Shown: positions 52,045 to 62,400 of the stretch, one piece after another
How positions within the stretch are numbered: the stretch's first letter is position 1
Layout: each line of letters starts with the position of its first letter
Assembly: GCA_029855935.1 (NCBI GenBank)
Contig: JAGSHN010000032.1
Span: 40,756-104,755 of the forward strand
Reading direction: 5' to 3'
Source of the DNA: Candidatus Thorarchaeota archaeon
Lineage (GTDB): Archaea > Asgardarchaeota > Thorarchaeia > Thorarchaeales > Thorarchaeaceae
DNA: 64,000 nt
Made by a program: the position numbers and the translations under genes
The notes under the pieces: model-generated
Databases searched by the model: none
What the model saw: the letters and a program-made list of their open reading frames with translations, nothing else
Told to the model about the DNA's origin: nothing

Positions 52045-52203
52045 CGACGCCGAGACAGTGCAGTTCTCACCGTAAGCCGTAGTCTCCGAGCGGCAACGCC
52101 GTAGTGCTCTCTATACGGGAGGTAATACTAGGATACATAGCGTGACGCCCTACAGTCAAAGTGCGGGTTAACTCGCTAACCAGTTTCAGTCGGAGGCTGC
52201 GAG

Positions 52204-52578
52204 ATGGCTCCAGTCAAGGGCACCAAGAACAAGCTGTTCAAGGGTCTGACCGAGCACGATATTCTCGTCTGGGAGGAGGAGAAGATGCGCTACCAGCGTC
52301 GTGTGGGCCACAAGGTGACGGACCTGGAGTTTCTCCGCTATCTTCTGATGACGGCATCGCGTCCGGTCGTGACCGGAAAGGACGGTGTCGTGTCAGGTTA
52401 CCTGACAGGAACGGGGCCCATCTACGAGAAGACAGACACACTGCTTGAGAAGTACAGGTCAGCAAGACTCTCCCAGACGGTACGCGGGGGGACAACGCAG
52501 CCCAGCACCCACGTACATATGGATCTGACTTCCGAGACCACTCCTACCGACCAGGTCGCAGGGACGCGACACATCTAA
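52204..52578 (+). CDS. Hypothetical protein (possible ribbon-helix-helix N-terminus)
   Basis: GGAGG RBS; strand-helix-helix pattern ending DLEFLRYLL. Confidence 0.55.
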   Translation: MAPVKGTKNKLFKGLTEHDILVWEEEKMRYQRRVGHKVTDLEFLRYLLMTASRPVVTGKDGVVSGYLTGTGPIYEKTDTLLEKYRSARLSQTVRGGTTQPSTHVHMDLTSETTPTDQVAGTRHI

Positions 52579-52605
52579 ATGCTCGAACTAGTCTTCTAGA
52601 AAGAT

Positions 52606-53820
52606 ATGTCACGAGTCACGGTCCTTGGTGGAGCCGGAACAGTCGGAGCGGTGGCCGTGCGGACCCTGCTCTCGTCAGGCGAATTCTCTGAGGTGGTAAT
52701 CGCCGACCTGAATATGCCACTTGCTAATCAGCGACTCAAGGAGATGGCGGATGACAGGCTCTCAGCCGTGAAGGTCGACGCCTCTGATGTCGAGTCTGTC
52801 AAGCGGGTCATCAAGGACTCAGAGGTCGTTGTCAATTGCGCCGGACCGTTCTATAGGCTCGGTCCGAGCGTTCTTAGGGCGGTGATCTCCGCTGGTGTGA
52901 ACAGCGTTGACGTCTGTGATGACTTCGATGCGACGCGCCTTCTGCTGAAGATGGACGAGGATGCCAAGAAGGCTGGCATAACTGCTCTGACGGGAATGGG
53001 CAGCTCGCCGGGCATAGCAAACCTGATTGCGAAGCTCTGTGCTGACCAGATGCTCGACGAGGTCGAGTCGATCGACATCCTGCACGCGCACGGCGGCGAG
53101 CCCAGAGAGGGCCCGGCGGTCGTTGCGCACAGGATACACAGTATGCTCGCAGACATTCCTATGTACCTCGATGGCAAGTTCACCACGGTCAGGTACTTCG
53201 AGGAGAGCGGTAGGGCTCTGGAGGAGGATGTCGACTTTCCCAAGCTCGGTACGTTCAGGTGCTATCCGTATCCCCATCCTGAGACCATCACCCTTCCCCG
53301 CTACATCAAGTGCAAGAGAGTGACCAACCTTGGCTGTGTGCTACCCACTGAGTACTACGACCTCATCCGCAACATTGTCCGGCTTGGGATAGTGGGCGAT
53401 GAACCGATTGACGTGAAGGGCGTGAAGGTGGCGCCGCTCGACTTTGCTATAGCCTACATCCTTCACGAGCGCGAGAGAATACTTCGGGAAACGAACTTTG
53501 GTACCCAGCGTGGTTGTCTCAAGATCACAATCAAGGGCAAGCTCGACGGCAAGCCGCACAGGTTCGACTTCTCGCTTGTTTCCGTCGGTCAGTCAATGGG
53601 CGAGGGGACGGGCATTCCTGCAGCCATAGGTGCGATACTGATGCACAAGGGCAAGATAACAGAGAAAGGAGTGTTGCCTCCCGAGGGCTGCGTCAATCCG
53701 TTCGAGTTCCTCCTTGAGATGCAGAGACATCTGGGTCTGGACAGCCTCAGCTCCGAGGAGTCGCCACTGATCATTGAGTCGACCGACAGCGAGGGCAATA
53801 CTGAGCGCGTCACGCTGTGA
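52606..53820 (+). CDS. Saccharopine dehydrogenase-like NAD(P) oxidoreductase
   Basis: VLGGAGTVG, NCAGPFY, GSSPG and HPETITLP motifs. Confidence 0.88.
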   Translation: MSRVTVLGGAGTVGAVAVRTLLSSGEFSEVVIADLNMPLANQRLKEMADDRLSAVKVDASDVESVKRVIKDSEVVVNCAGPFYRLGPSVLRAVISAGVNSVDVCDDFDATRLLLKMDEDAKKAGITALTGMGSSPGIANLIAKLCADQMLDEVESIDILHAHGGEPREGPAVVAHRIHSMLADIPMYLDGKFTTVRYFEESGRALEEDVDFPKLGTFRCYPYPHPETITLPRYIKCKRVTNLGCVLPTEYYDLIRNIVRLGIVGDEPIDVKGVKVAPLDFAIAYILHERERILRETNFGTQRGCLKITIKGKLDGKPHRFDFSLVSVGQSMGEGTGIPAAIGAILMHKGKITEKGVLPPEGCVNPFEFLLEMQRHLGLDSLSSEESPLIIESTDSEGNTERVTL

Positions 53821-53928
53821 GACCTCCAGAATACCGGTCCTTGGCCTCCAGAGCATCAGGTTGGCCAAAAGCTATTTTGGAGACCTACACGACTAGATAC
53901 GTTCCTCAATGTTGTGGGAGTGTGCGCA

Positions 53929-55512
53929 TTGACCACATACGTGTTGGCTCACGATGTCGGTACTGGCGGCGACAAAGCATCACTCATTGACCAAACAGGG
54001 AGAATCGTCGCCTCCGCCGTGAGGGACTATCCTGTTCTCTACCCGCAGCCCGGCTGGGCTGAACAGGACCCGGAGGCGCACTGGTGGCAGGCCATCTGTG
54101 AGACCACTCGGCGCGTACTATCGGACTCTGGTGTTGAACCGCGGGATGTGGCCGCTGTCGTCTTCTCGACGCAGATGATGGGGACCATTCCTGTGGACCG
54201 TGATGGCCGGCCCCTGATGAACTGTATGACCTGGATGGACACCCGTGCGGCTGAGCAGAACAAGGCGATCATCTCCAATCCCATCAGGATGCTGAGGATG
54301 CTGCGGCTGACTGGCGGGCTGCCGTCGGGCAAGGACATCATTGGCAAGATCGTCTGGTTGAGAGAGGAGCGTCCACAGATCTATGAGAAGACGCACAAGT
54401 TCCTGGACTGTAAGGACTACCTGATTCATCGCTGCACGGGCGAGTACGTGACATCCTACGACTGTGCCAACCTCACGTGGTTCATGGACTCGCGCAGAGG
54501 CAGATTGAGGTGGTCGTCGACGATACTGGGCTGGATTCGGCTCGACGAGGACAGGCTTCCAAGGCTTGCGCCGTCGACAGAGATAGTCGGGACACTCACG
54601 CCCGAGGCGGCCTCTGAGATGGGTCTCACCACCGAGACTCAGGTTGTCAATGGGGCAGGCGACATGACGTCCGCCGGTGTGGGCTCTGGCGCTGTCCGTG
54701 AGAGGGAGGTACATCTCTACGCCGGGTCCAGCGCCTGGCTGGGTGCCCATGTGTCGAGCAGGAAGCTGGACATCTGGACCTATACCGGGTCCATCTGCAG
54801 CGCCATCCCGGGTATGTACTTGATGATTGCAGAGCAGGAGTCAGCAGGGGCGTGTCTGAAGCACCTGCGGGAGAACTGGCACTGTGACCTGTGTCGTCAC
54901 GTCATCGAACGCGCCGCAACAGTCTGCACCCAGTGTGAGACAGGTGAGCGGAACCCCTACGCCGAGCTCGACGAGATAGCGGCTGGCGCCTCTCCCGGTT
55001 CTGAGGGCCTAATATTCGCACCGTGGATGTTTGGTGAGCGCTCGCCGATTGATGACCATTTCGTGCGTGGTGGATACTTCAATCTCTCCCTTGCTCACGG
55101 CAAGACCCATATGATTAGGGCGGTACTGGAGGGCGTTGCCTATCACATCCGGTGGATGATGGAGGGCCTTGAGAAACGGAAGATGCTGGGACGAGTGCCT
55201 GCCGTGAACATGATTGGCGGGTGTGCCCGCTCTGACATCTGGCCACAGATCATTGCTGATGTGCTGCAGAAACCAGTGCGACGTGTGCGTCATCCACTGG
55301 AGGCTGGAAGCGTTGGCGCTGCGATGATTGCCTTTGTTGCACTTGGTGAGGTCTCCAACTTCTCTGCGGTGGCGCACATAGTCGAGATTGACAGAGTGTT
55401 CGATCCCAATCCTGGCAACTCTGAGGTCTATGACTCCGGCTTCCGGGTACTAAAGGAGTATTACAGGCGCAACAAGAGCCTCTGGCGTAAGGTCAACAGA
55501 CAACGCCGTTGA
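53929..55512 (+). CDS. FGGY-family carbohydrate kinase (xylulokinase-like)
   Basis: DVGTGGDK, EQDPE, WMDTRA, GERSP and RAVLEGVA motifs. Confidence 0.9.
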   Translation: MTTYVLAHDVGTGGDKASLIDQTGRIVASAVRDYPVLYPQPGWAEQDPEAHWWQAICETTRRVLSDSGVEPRDVAAVVFSTQMMGTIPVDRDGRPLMNCMTWMDTRAAEQNKAIISNPIRMLRMLRLTGGLPSGKDIIGKIVWLREERPQIYEKTHKFLDCKDYLIHRCTGEYVTSYDCANLTWFMDSRRGRLRWSSTILGWIRLDEDRLPRLAPSTEIVGTLTPEAASEMGLTTETQVVNGAGDMTSAGVGSGAVREREVHLYAGSSAWLGAHVSSRKLDIWTYTGSICSAIPGMYLMIAEQESAGACLKHLRENWHCDLCRHVIERAATVCTQCETGERNPYAELDEIAAGASPGSEGLIFAPWMFGERSPIDDHFVRGGYFNLSLAHGKTHMIRAVLEGVAYHIRWMMEGLEKRKMLGRVPAVNMIGGCARSDIWPQIIADVLQKPVRRVRHPLEAGSVGAAMIAFVALGEVSNFSAVAHIVEIDRVFDPNPGNSEVYDSGFRVLKEYYRRNKSLWRKVNRQRR

Positions 55513-55605
55513 TATGAGTACCACTGCCCTGCATCGCAGCTCCGGGCGATGCGGATTCCTACGACCGTACGAGGGCGAGTCGAGAGGACTGCTAGGCAAT
55601 GACGC

Positions 55606-55827
55606 CTATTTGAACAGACCGACGAGGAACAAGATGACACCGAGTCCAATAAGTGCAAGCATAGTCTCGGTGAACACGTACCCAGCAATCACGGTCTGGT
55701 AGATGCCCAACATCGTGAAGTACGGTAGAATCTGGTCGAGTGCGGCTATGGCGGCTACCGTCGCGATTATGGGCAGGAGCCCGACTACTATCAGAATGAT
55801 TCCGAGGATGACAAGTCCCTTTCCCAT
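55606..55827 (-). CDS. Small 2-TM membrane protein
   Basis: GAGGAGG RBS; two hydrophobic helices. Confidence 0.7.
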   Translation of the reverse strand: MGKGLVILGIILIVVGLLPIIATVAAIAALDQILPYFTMLGIYQTVIAGYVFTETMLALIGLGVILFLVGLFK

Positions 55828-55948
55828 GTGGATTCCTCCTCATAGAACAGTATGCAGTGGGGCCTACTCTCCCTGATAACTGTTCGTACGTTTCGCACTC
55901 GAAATGTTCAGCCGCCCGTCTCGGGGTCACTCTGGCTGCAAGTGCCGT

Positions 55949-57256
55949 CTAGAGGTCAAAGCCCGTGCGGCCCGATCCCCACGCGTCAAGGGCTCTCTGG
56001 AGTTCCTCGTGTTCCTTGGCATATCGTCCCACAGGTATGCCCTGCATCTTGGCCTCTATCGCCTGCCTGAAAGCCCTCGCGCCAGCCCGCGGTCCGTCGG
56101 GATGTGCGTGAATGGCACCGCCTGCGCCGATGACGATGTCAGTTCCCAAGTCGTCTATGACCTCCTCGACCATCCCTTGTGATATGCCGCCACTGGGCAT
56201 CGGCATGGTCTGTTCGATGTGGTGCAGCGGCATCACCATGTCGTGGGCCATGTGCAGGAATCTCTCCTTCAGGATTGGCGCCTTGCCGTATGGCGCAGGG
56301 AAGACTGTGATGTCTGAGCCGCAGACTCTCGGCAGCTTGCCGATGACGATGTTTGTCGCAATCCCCGTGATTGGGGAGTAGGACAGGGCGCCCGTGATGT
56401 CCATATGTGCAAGAACGGGGACGTTGACGGACGGGTCCTCACAGACCGCCCTGAAGGCCGAATAGCCCACAGCGAGGAAGTTGATCATCAACGCATTGGC
56501 GCCCAGCTCGATGGCCCGCTCAGCGTTCTCAAGCAGCTGCGGAATGCGATCTGTGATGTTGACAGTGTACAGTGTCTTCTCGCCCTTCTCGGAGTCTGCC
56601 CGGTCAATCGCCTCCATGAAGAGCGGTACCCTCTCCTCGATGCTGTTGAAGGAGGCATTCGCCAGCAGTTCGTCGTCCTTCACGATGTCTGCTCCTCCGA
56701 CCGCCGCCTCATAGCAGAGCTCAGCACCTACCTTCGCCGACGTGTAGACGCACGGCTTGATCATGTTGTTCAGCAGCGGCCTGTCACGTACACCGAGGAG
56801 CTTCCTGAGGCCCTTGATACCGAACTTCGGACCCTTGAAGCCCTTCAGCCAGCTCTTCGGGAACCTCATATCGAGACACTTGATCCTGCCGCCGAGAGAG
56901 ATGTTCCCTATCACCGTTGACAGCAGCATTGGTATCTGCTGCCCGAAGTTCTCCCACGGGAAGGCCACCTGGATGACGTATTGCCGCCGCTCAAGGTCCT
57001 TCGGCGTGCTGTACTCGTACTGTGGCACCTCGTAGATGCCGATGACCTTCGCAACGTGCCGTTTCCGCACCTCGACGGTCTCCCCAGGCACGAGCGTCCA
57101 CGTACCGGTGCTCTGCTCCACAGCAGCAGCCTGCGCCACATCCCTCACGTCGATGAAGGGCGGCAGACCCACATAGTAAGTGCAGATCACGTACTTCTCA
57201 ACGTCTATAGCGTCGGGCAACGCATCAGGCAACGCATCCAGTGGTAGTCTCTCCAT
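55949..57256 (-). CDS. RuBisCO-like protein (form IV)
   Basis: EQSTGTW, IKP, VKDDE, SGG and GGAIHAHPDG motifs; lacks equivalents of K177, R295 and H327. Confidence 0.88.
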   Translation of the reverse strand: MERLPLDALPDALPDAIDVEKYVICTYYVGLPPFIDVRDVAQAAAVEQSTGTWTLVPGETVEVRKRHVAKVIGIYEVPQYEYSTPKDLERRQYVIQVAFPWENFGQQIPMLLSTVIGNISLGGRIKCLDMRFPKSWLKGFKGPKFGIKGLRKLLGVRDRPLLNNMIKPCVYTSAKVGAELCYEAAVGGADIVKDDELLANASFNSIEERVPLFMEAIDRADSEKGEKTLYTVNITDRIPQLLENAERAIELGANALMINFLAVGYSAFRAVCEDPSVNVPVLAHMDITGALSYSPITGIATNIVIGKLPRVCGSDITVFPAPYGKAPILKERFLHMAHDMVMPLHHIEQTMPMPSGGISQGMVEEVIDDLGTDIVIGAGGAIHAHPDGPRAGARAFRQAIEAKMQGIPVGRYAKEHEELQRALDAWGSGRTGFDL

Positions 57257-57495
57257 CTCTCACAACCCTATCTACCAACGCATCCGCGCTATTTCACGTT
57301 TTGGGCCTCTGTGTGCCGACGGCTGCTGCAGCAAGGCTTGGGCAATCTCTCCGCGGCACTGTCCCCTTGCAATCGCTCCCACCCCCCGAGCGAGCGTGTA
57401 CACACAGTCCCTGCAAGAGACTCGGTAGGACGGCGAAGAACAGATTAGGCTATGCTGGACAGGAGGCCTCTGAAGAGAACAGGGAATGAGCCGCG

Positions 57496-58098
57496 TTGTC
57501 CGAGAACAACACTGAGAGCAGCAGGCCAATTCGCGTCACCGTCGACCGCCTTCGCCTTCCCCGCCTGTGCCCTGTCTGCGGAACCAAGGCGAACGACTAC
57601 GTTCGCATCCTCCTCCGAGATAACAAGGCGGACGATGCCGGATCGTTCACGGCCAACGTGATGTGGAGCCCCTACGCTCATCAATGGCGCAGATGGGGTG
57701 GTGGAGATGTTCTCACTCTGAGCGTGGCAGTCTGCAGCGCCCACAGGTTCTCCTACGACAGTGTGTACCGCACGAGGACCGTGTGCCTCATCGCTGTGGC
57801 GTTCACCGCCGTTGCCGCTCTTCTCTCAGCCGGCGTGATATCGAGTGCACTGCAGCTCGGCACGGAGGTCCCGCTGTGGTCGCTGGCTCTGGTCGCACTG
57901 TTCGTCATCACACTCTTCTCTACAGGCTACGTCTTCCGACCTGCGCCGGTCGAGAGGGCCTTCAGAGTTCTCTCATTCGATCCCGGCTCTCGGGAGATAG
58001 TCGTTTCGCTTAGCAATCCAGCCTACCGTCAGGCGTTCCTTGAGGAGAATCCGTATGCCGAGGAAGAGAAGGGGGAGCCGACAGCAGCCAGAGAGTGA
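57496..58098 (+). CDS. Hypothetical 2-TM protein with CxxC...CxxH zinc motif
   Basis: LPRLCPVCG...VCSAH, two TMs. Confidence 0.7.
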   Translation: MSENNTESSRPIRVTVDRLRLPRLCPVCGTKANDYVRILLRDNKADDAGSFTANVMWSPYAHQWRRWGGGDVLTLSVAVCSAHRFSYDSVYRTRTVCLIAVAFTAVAALLSAGVISSALQLGTEVPLWSLALVALFVITLFSTGYVFRPAPVERAFRVLSFDPGSREIVVSLSNPAYRQAFLEENPYAEEEKGEPTAARE

Positions 58099-58137
58099 TC
58101 CCACATAGCCTCTGATCCGAGCTGGTACGGCTGGAGC

Positions 58138-58176
58138 GAAAATTTTAATTACACTAGGGACCATAATATTCCCTAG
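58138..58176 (+). promoter_or_regulatory. TATA-like box followed by palindrome CTAGGGA-N9-TCCCTAG
   Basis: AAATTTTAATT at about 58140-58150; perfect 7-bp inverted repeat at 58154-58176. Confidence 0.55.
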
Positions 58177-58179
58177 ACG

Positions 58180-58400
58180 GGAAGGCAAGGACGAGGTGAC
58201 GCGGAGCGTGGCGAGCGCCGTGTCAGTATTGTGAATGAGAGGTTCCGGCCGGCTCGAGTTCACTGTATCTTGTGGGGCGCTCGCATCTGCCGTGGGCCCA
58301 ACTTGCCTCCGAGGAGCCTCGGAGACCTGTCCCCGGGGAGGGCTTGTCCCTCCCCTCCTCTTGTTGTGAGGAGCAGTGTCGTCGGCCAGCAGAGGTGAAT
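58180..58400 (+). ncRNA. Candidate structured leader or small RNA
   Basis: Several perfect stems within about 200 nt; no convincing ORF. Confidence 0.35.
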
Positions 58401-58405
58401 AGGCT

Positions 58406-59059
58406 ATGCAAAGGCAGGAGCCCACGGATTTGGATCGGGTGTTCAAGGCGCTCGGTCACGTGACGAGGAGACGGATTCTTCAGCTCCTCGCTCAGGGGCC
58501 ACGCTATCCATACGAGCTCTCGAAGCTGTTGAATCTGAACAGGCGTGTCGTGCTGAAACATCTTGAGATGCTCGAGGAAGCAGGCCTGATAGAGCACGAG
58601 ACTGGCTCATCAGACGTCGGTCCGGATCGTACATACTACAGACTCAGTGTCTCGTTCGGTCTGTCCACGACAATCCTGCCAAACTCGTTTCTCATTCGAG
58701 TGACCCGTCCGCCCAGTAGTCGCGAGCGCCAGGGCGAGGTCACGGTCGATGCACGTCCTGACGTTCGTGCAGTCAAGGCATTGCTTCGAGAGCTGGAACA
58801 GGTCGATAGGCGGATTGAGGAGTTGGACCGGGAACGTGTCAGGCTAGCCGAGGTCCGAGGGGAGATAATCCGAAGGATTGAGGCGGTGATGCGCGCGTGT
58901 CGCTGGGACGCCGAGAGCTGTATGCGTGTCAGGTCACTCATCGATCCGGCGAGAGTGGAACTTGAGCCGTCTGCGCGTGGGGCGCTCAGTTCCTGGTCGC
59001 AGACGGTCAGAGAGGTCCTTCGACTCTTCGAGGACTTCTTTGGCAGCGCGGGCCAGTGA
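58406..59059 (+). CDS. ArsR-type wHTH regulator with coiled coil, Phr/HSR1 (COG1777)-like
   Basis: ALGHVTRRRILQLL..GP.Y..ELS...VLKHL..LEEAGLI...R.YY.L; C-terminal coiled coil. Confidence 0.75.
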   Translation: MQRQEPTDLDRVFKALGHVTRRRILQLLAQGPRYPYELSKLLNLNRRVVLKHLEMLEEAGLIEHETGSSDVGPDRTYYRLSVSFGLSTTILPNSFLIRVTRPPSSRERQGEVTVDARPDVRAVKALLRELEQVDRRIEELDRERVRLAEVRGEIIRRIEAVMRACRWDAESCMRVRSLIDPARVELEPSARGALSSWSQTVREVLRLFEDFFGSAGQ

Positions 59060-59421
59060 GCGGCACACTTGGGGAGGAATGTGTCAAACAGGTCCGGGAG
59101 ACAATCTATGATGTCGCTGTCCGAAATCCTAGCTCGCTGTACGTTCCGCATCTCTTGAGTCATCCCTCGACAGTCCTGCCTGGTCCATTCTCATATGCGG
59201 ACGGCGTTCTATGGATCACTCTTTTGGGATAGATTGACGTTGCTGGGCCGTTTGTGGAATCCGGCACGGTATCTTCAAGAATCAGCGACTGTCGTTGATG
59301 GCTCAGCCTACTGTTCTCACACTGTTGGCAGATAGAGGGACTGGTGAAGAGTCTCAAGAATGGAAGCGAAGCCAAGATTCCAGAGAGGAATCCTAGCTTG
59401 CTACCCATTCTGTAGAGGGAA

Positions 59422-62400
59422 TCACTTGTTGGAGCCAAGAATGCCCTTCATCTTGAGAACGACAACTAGCACGACTACGCCGGCAACGCCACCTATGGCA
59501 AGAATCACCAGGCCCATGGTGTCGCCGCCGCCGGGTGGAACGGTGCTGGTTGTAGACGTTGTGCTCGTCGTGGTTGTCGTTGTTGTAGTTGTGGTTGTTG
59601 TGCTTGTGGTACTCTCAATCACATAGACGACTACCCAGTCATCGTTCATATGACCCGCCCTATCGTAGACGCTAATGTGGACAGAGTGGTCTCCTACTGC
59701 AAGTCCATCTATGTTTACGACAATTGTACTGCCATCCCACGTCGCATTGAGTAGCGAGATATCGTCAATGGTCACGTTGTAACATCTGGGATTCAGGTCA
59801 TACGCGGTCCACGTAATTGTATTCCCGACGGACCCTGCAGAGTAAGTGACGTCTCCGGGCTGGCTCAACTCTGGATCGGTCACATCTTGATAGATTGTGA
59901 TTGTTGCAGAAGTTGCGACATTTCCGGCGCCATCGCCTGCCTGATACATGACCTCGTACGCTCCCTCACCCGTGAAGGTGAGTGAATAAGAGAGCACTGT
60001 CGAAGTGTCATCTCGCGTTGCATTAGTCATCAATGTTCCATTGACCCAGAGAGCGATCCATTTGACGTGTGAGAGCGTGTCCTGTGCGTTCACTTGCAGA
60101 TTCATGTAGCTGCTAGAAGTGACGTCTCCATCCGAATTGCCCAGGATGAGAACGGGACCAGTATTATCTGCAATCACGGTTACCTCTTCGGTATACTCGT
60201 CCACCGAATTGACCGTGGTCAGGACTTTGAGGATGTATGTCCCATCAGCAAACGTTGTTGAGTCGAGAGTGAAGGTGATGGTCCCATCTGTACCACTGCC
60301 AATTTGTGTTCCGTTCAGTGTGATCACCGTAGAGACGGTCATGCTGCCTTCATAGTAGACACCAGTTTGAACTGTCATGTTCACTGTGACTGTGACCGAG
60401 CCTGCGACATACGAGCCATCACTCGGCGCGATAATCACGATCTCCACATCGTATCCCCCGGGCCTCACCATGAGCGGGAGATAGTCATAGTATTCGTACG
60501 AGATCTCGTGTGGTGTGTCACCAATACCATCATGGTTGGCGTCTATGCCAGTGTAGTCGTACCAATAATTGCCGTACTCTGTACTGTTCAGGTAGAAGTC
60601 CGAGTAGATGCTATACGGAGACAAGAAGCTATTCAGAGTCAGGGTCACATTTGAAATATAACCCCGGAATATGTGGAACGTACTCGTAGTGTTGAAAGTG
60701 TTTCCGATAAACACCGTATCAGACACATCATTCAACCGCAGGGAAACACGAACTGTCGAATTCGCAAATGTCGAGTTGGAGAGGGAATAGAGATGGATGT
60801 AGTCTGTCCTATCCCCTACAGTCGATTCTGTGATAGTGATGTGGTCGCAATACATGACGTACAGCGAGTATGTGTCCAAGCCGGCAAAGGTCTCATGGTC
60901 ACGATTGAAGAGATAGTAGATCGGTTTGCCATCAAAGGTGTTCGATGTGTCTATCGTATGATTTGCGTCACTGATGCTGGACACTCCGCCATCGTAGAAA
61001 TTGATGACCTCAGTACTGTTCTCAATGTGACACCCACTCATAGTGACGCGCGTCGTAGTATAGAACTCTATCGCGATCTTTCCGTTCTTGAGGACCACAT
61101 TCGTGAGTGTAGTGTTCACGGACTCGCGAATGTATATTCCAAAGTCGTCGTAACCCTGGATCAAAGTGTTTGAGATTGACACATTATCTACTGAGAGGAT
61201 GTAGATGCTAGTCGGACAGTCAATGATGGTCTCGTTTTCGATGACGAAGTCGTGTGCCTGCTGTTGAAGACTGATTGCATAGACGCATCTCACATAGGTG
61301 TTATTGAAGAGATGACCGTTCATCCTCACCTGACCGTACTCACTGACTGACACGCCGTAGTCAGCATCAGAAATAGTGTTCCGCCCAAAGAGAAAGTTGT
61401 GTGATTGCACGCGATACACTGCGAACTGGCAATAGGAAAATGTGCTGTCGTAGACCTCTATGACGACTGATGAGTCATAGACCTGTGGCATTGAAACTCC
61501 GTGCGAGCATCCGTAGAAAGTCACAGACTTCACAGTGACACTATGGCCAGCTTCATCGTAGCGGAAGCGAATGCCGTCTGTGAAGTTCAGCAGGTCTGAG
61601 TTCTCTATTAGTCCTGTGGTGTCATAGACAAATACACCTATTGACCCATTGAATCCGTAGCAGTCAAACACGTGGAACCATGCTGCATCTTGAATAAAGA
61701 CCATCGTTCCAGCACTGTTCATCTGAATGTTGCAGTCGTAAATGGTGACATTCGTCAATAAATCAATCATCGAGAATCCAGTACCCACATCTGTGGCGTT
61801 CACATTGTGTACGATCAGAGTAGCACCATGGAGAGGCCAGCGTTCGGTCAGAACACATGATGCATCAGAAACGACACTGTCTGCCAGAGTCACATCTCCG
61901 CATTCCTGAATGCCTACTACTGCGTCGATAGTGATATGTTGAGCATGTATCCCAGTGATGGTCAGGTCAACGCAGTAACGCGCATACAAGACATATTTCT
62001 CAATGGAGGTCGCTGTGATACCGTTCACTGTGATGCCCATCAGTCTCTGAGAACTGCTGCCATCGAGATACAGGCCAACATACGAGTCCTGAACGATCAT
62101 GTCAGTTACGTATGTGTCATTGGTCTTGGTCTCAAACCAGTACAATCCAACGAAGGTTGAGTGTGCCACCTCGACATAACCGCCGATGTTTGCAAGTGCG
62201 GTAAACCTGTTTGTGTTGTTTGTCGCCCGGAACGTTGAGTCTTCGAACAGAACGTGACCACCATCTTCGATAGTGATACCAAACTCCTGATCGCTGGAAC
62301 AGTTGAACCAGATGGTTGCCGACATTGTTCTCATGTACCCGCCATCGTAGACTGTGAGGTCTCCGGATAGCGTGTAGTTCGTTGCAAACACGAAGGTAAG

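Noticed and set aside
55949-57256. Bona fide CO2-fixing RuBisCO (form III)
   Set aside because: Several conserved catalytic and substrate-binding residues (K177, R295, H327 equivalents) are substituted.
58231-58263. SECIS element or H/ACA guide RNA
   Set aside because: An AUGA/GA core is present, but the apical stem is too short, there is no AA loop, no upstream UGA-containing gene and no ACA box after the basal stem.
58180-58400. SRP RNA or RNase P RNA
   Set aside because: No SRP helix-8 GGAA/AGCAG motif or RNase P GAGGAA.GUCC motif on either strand.
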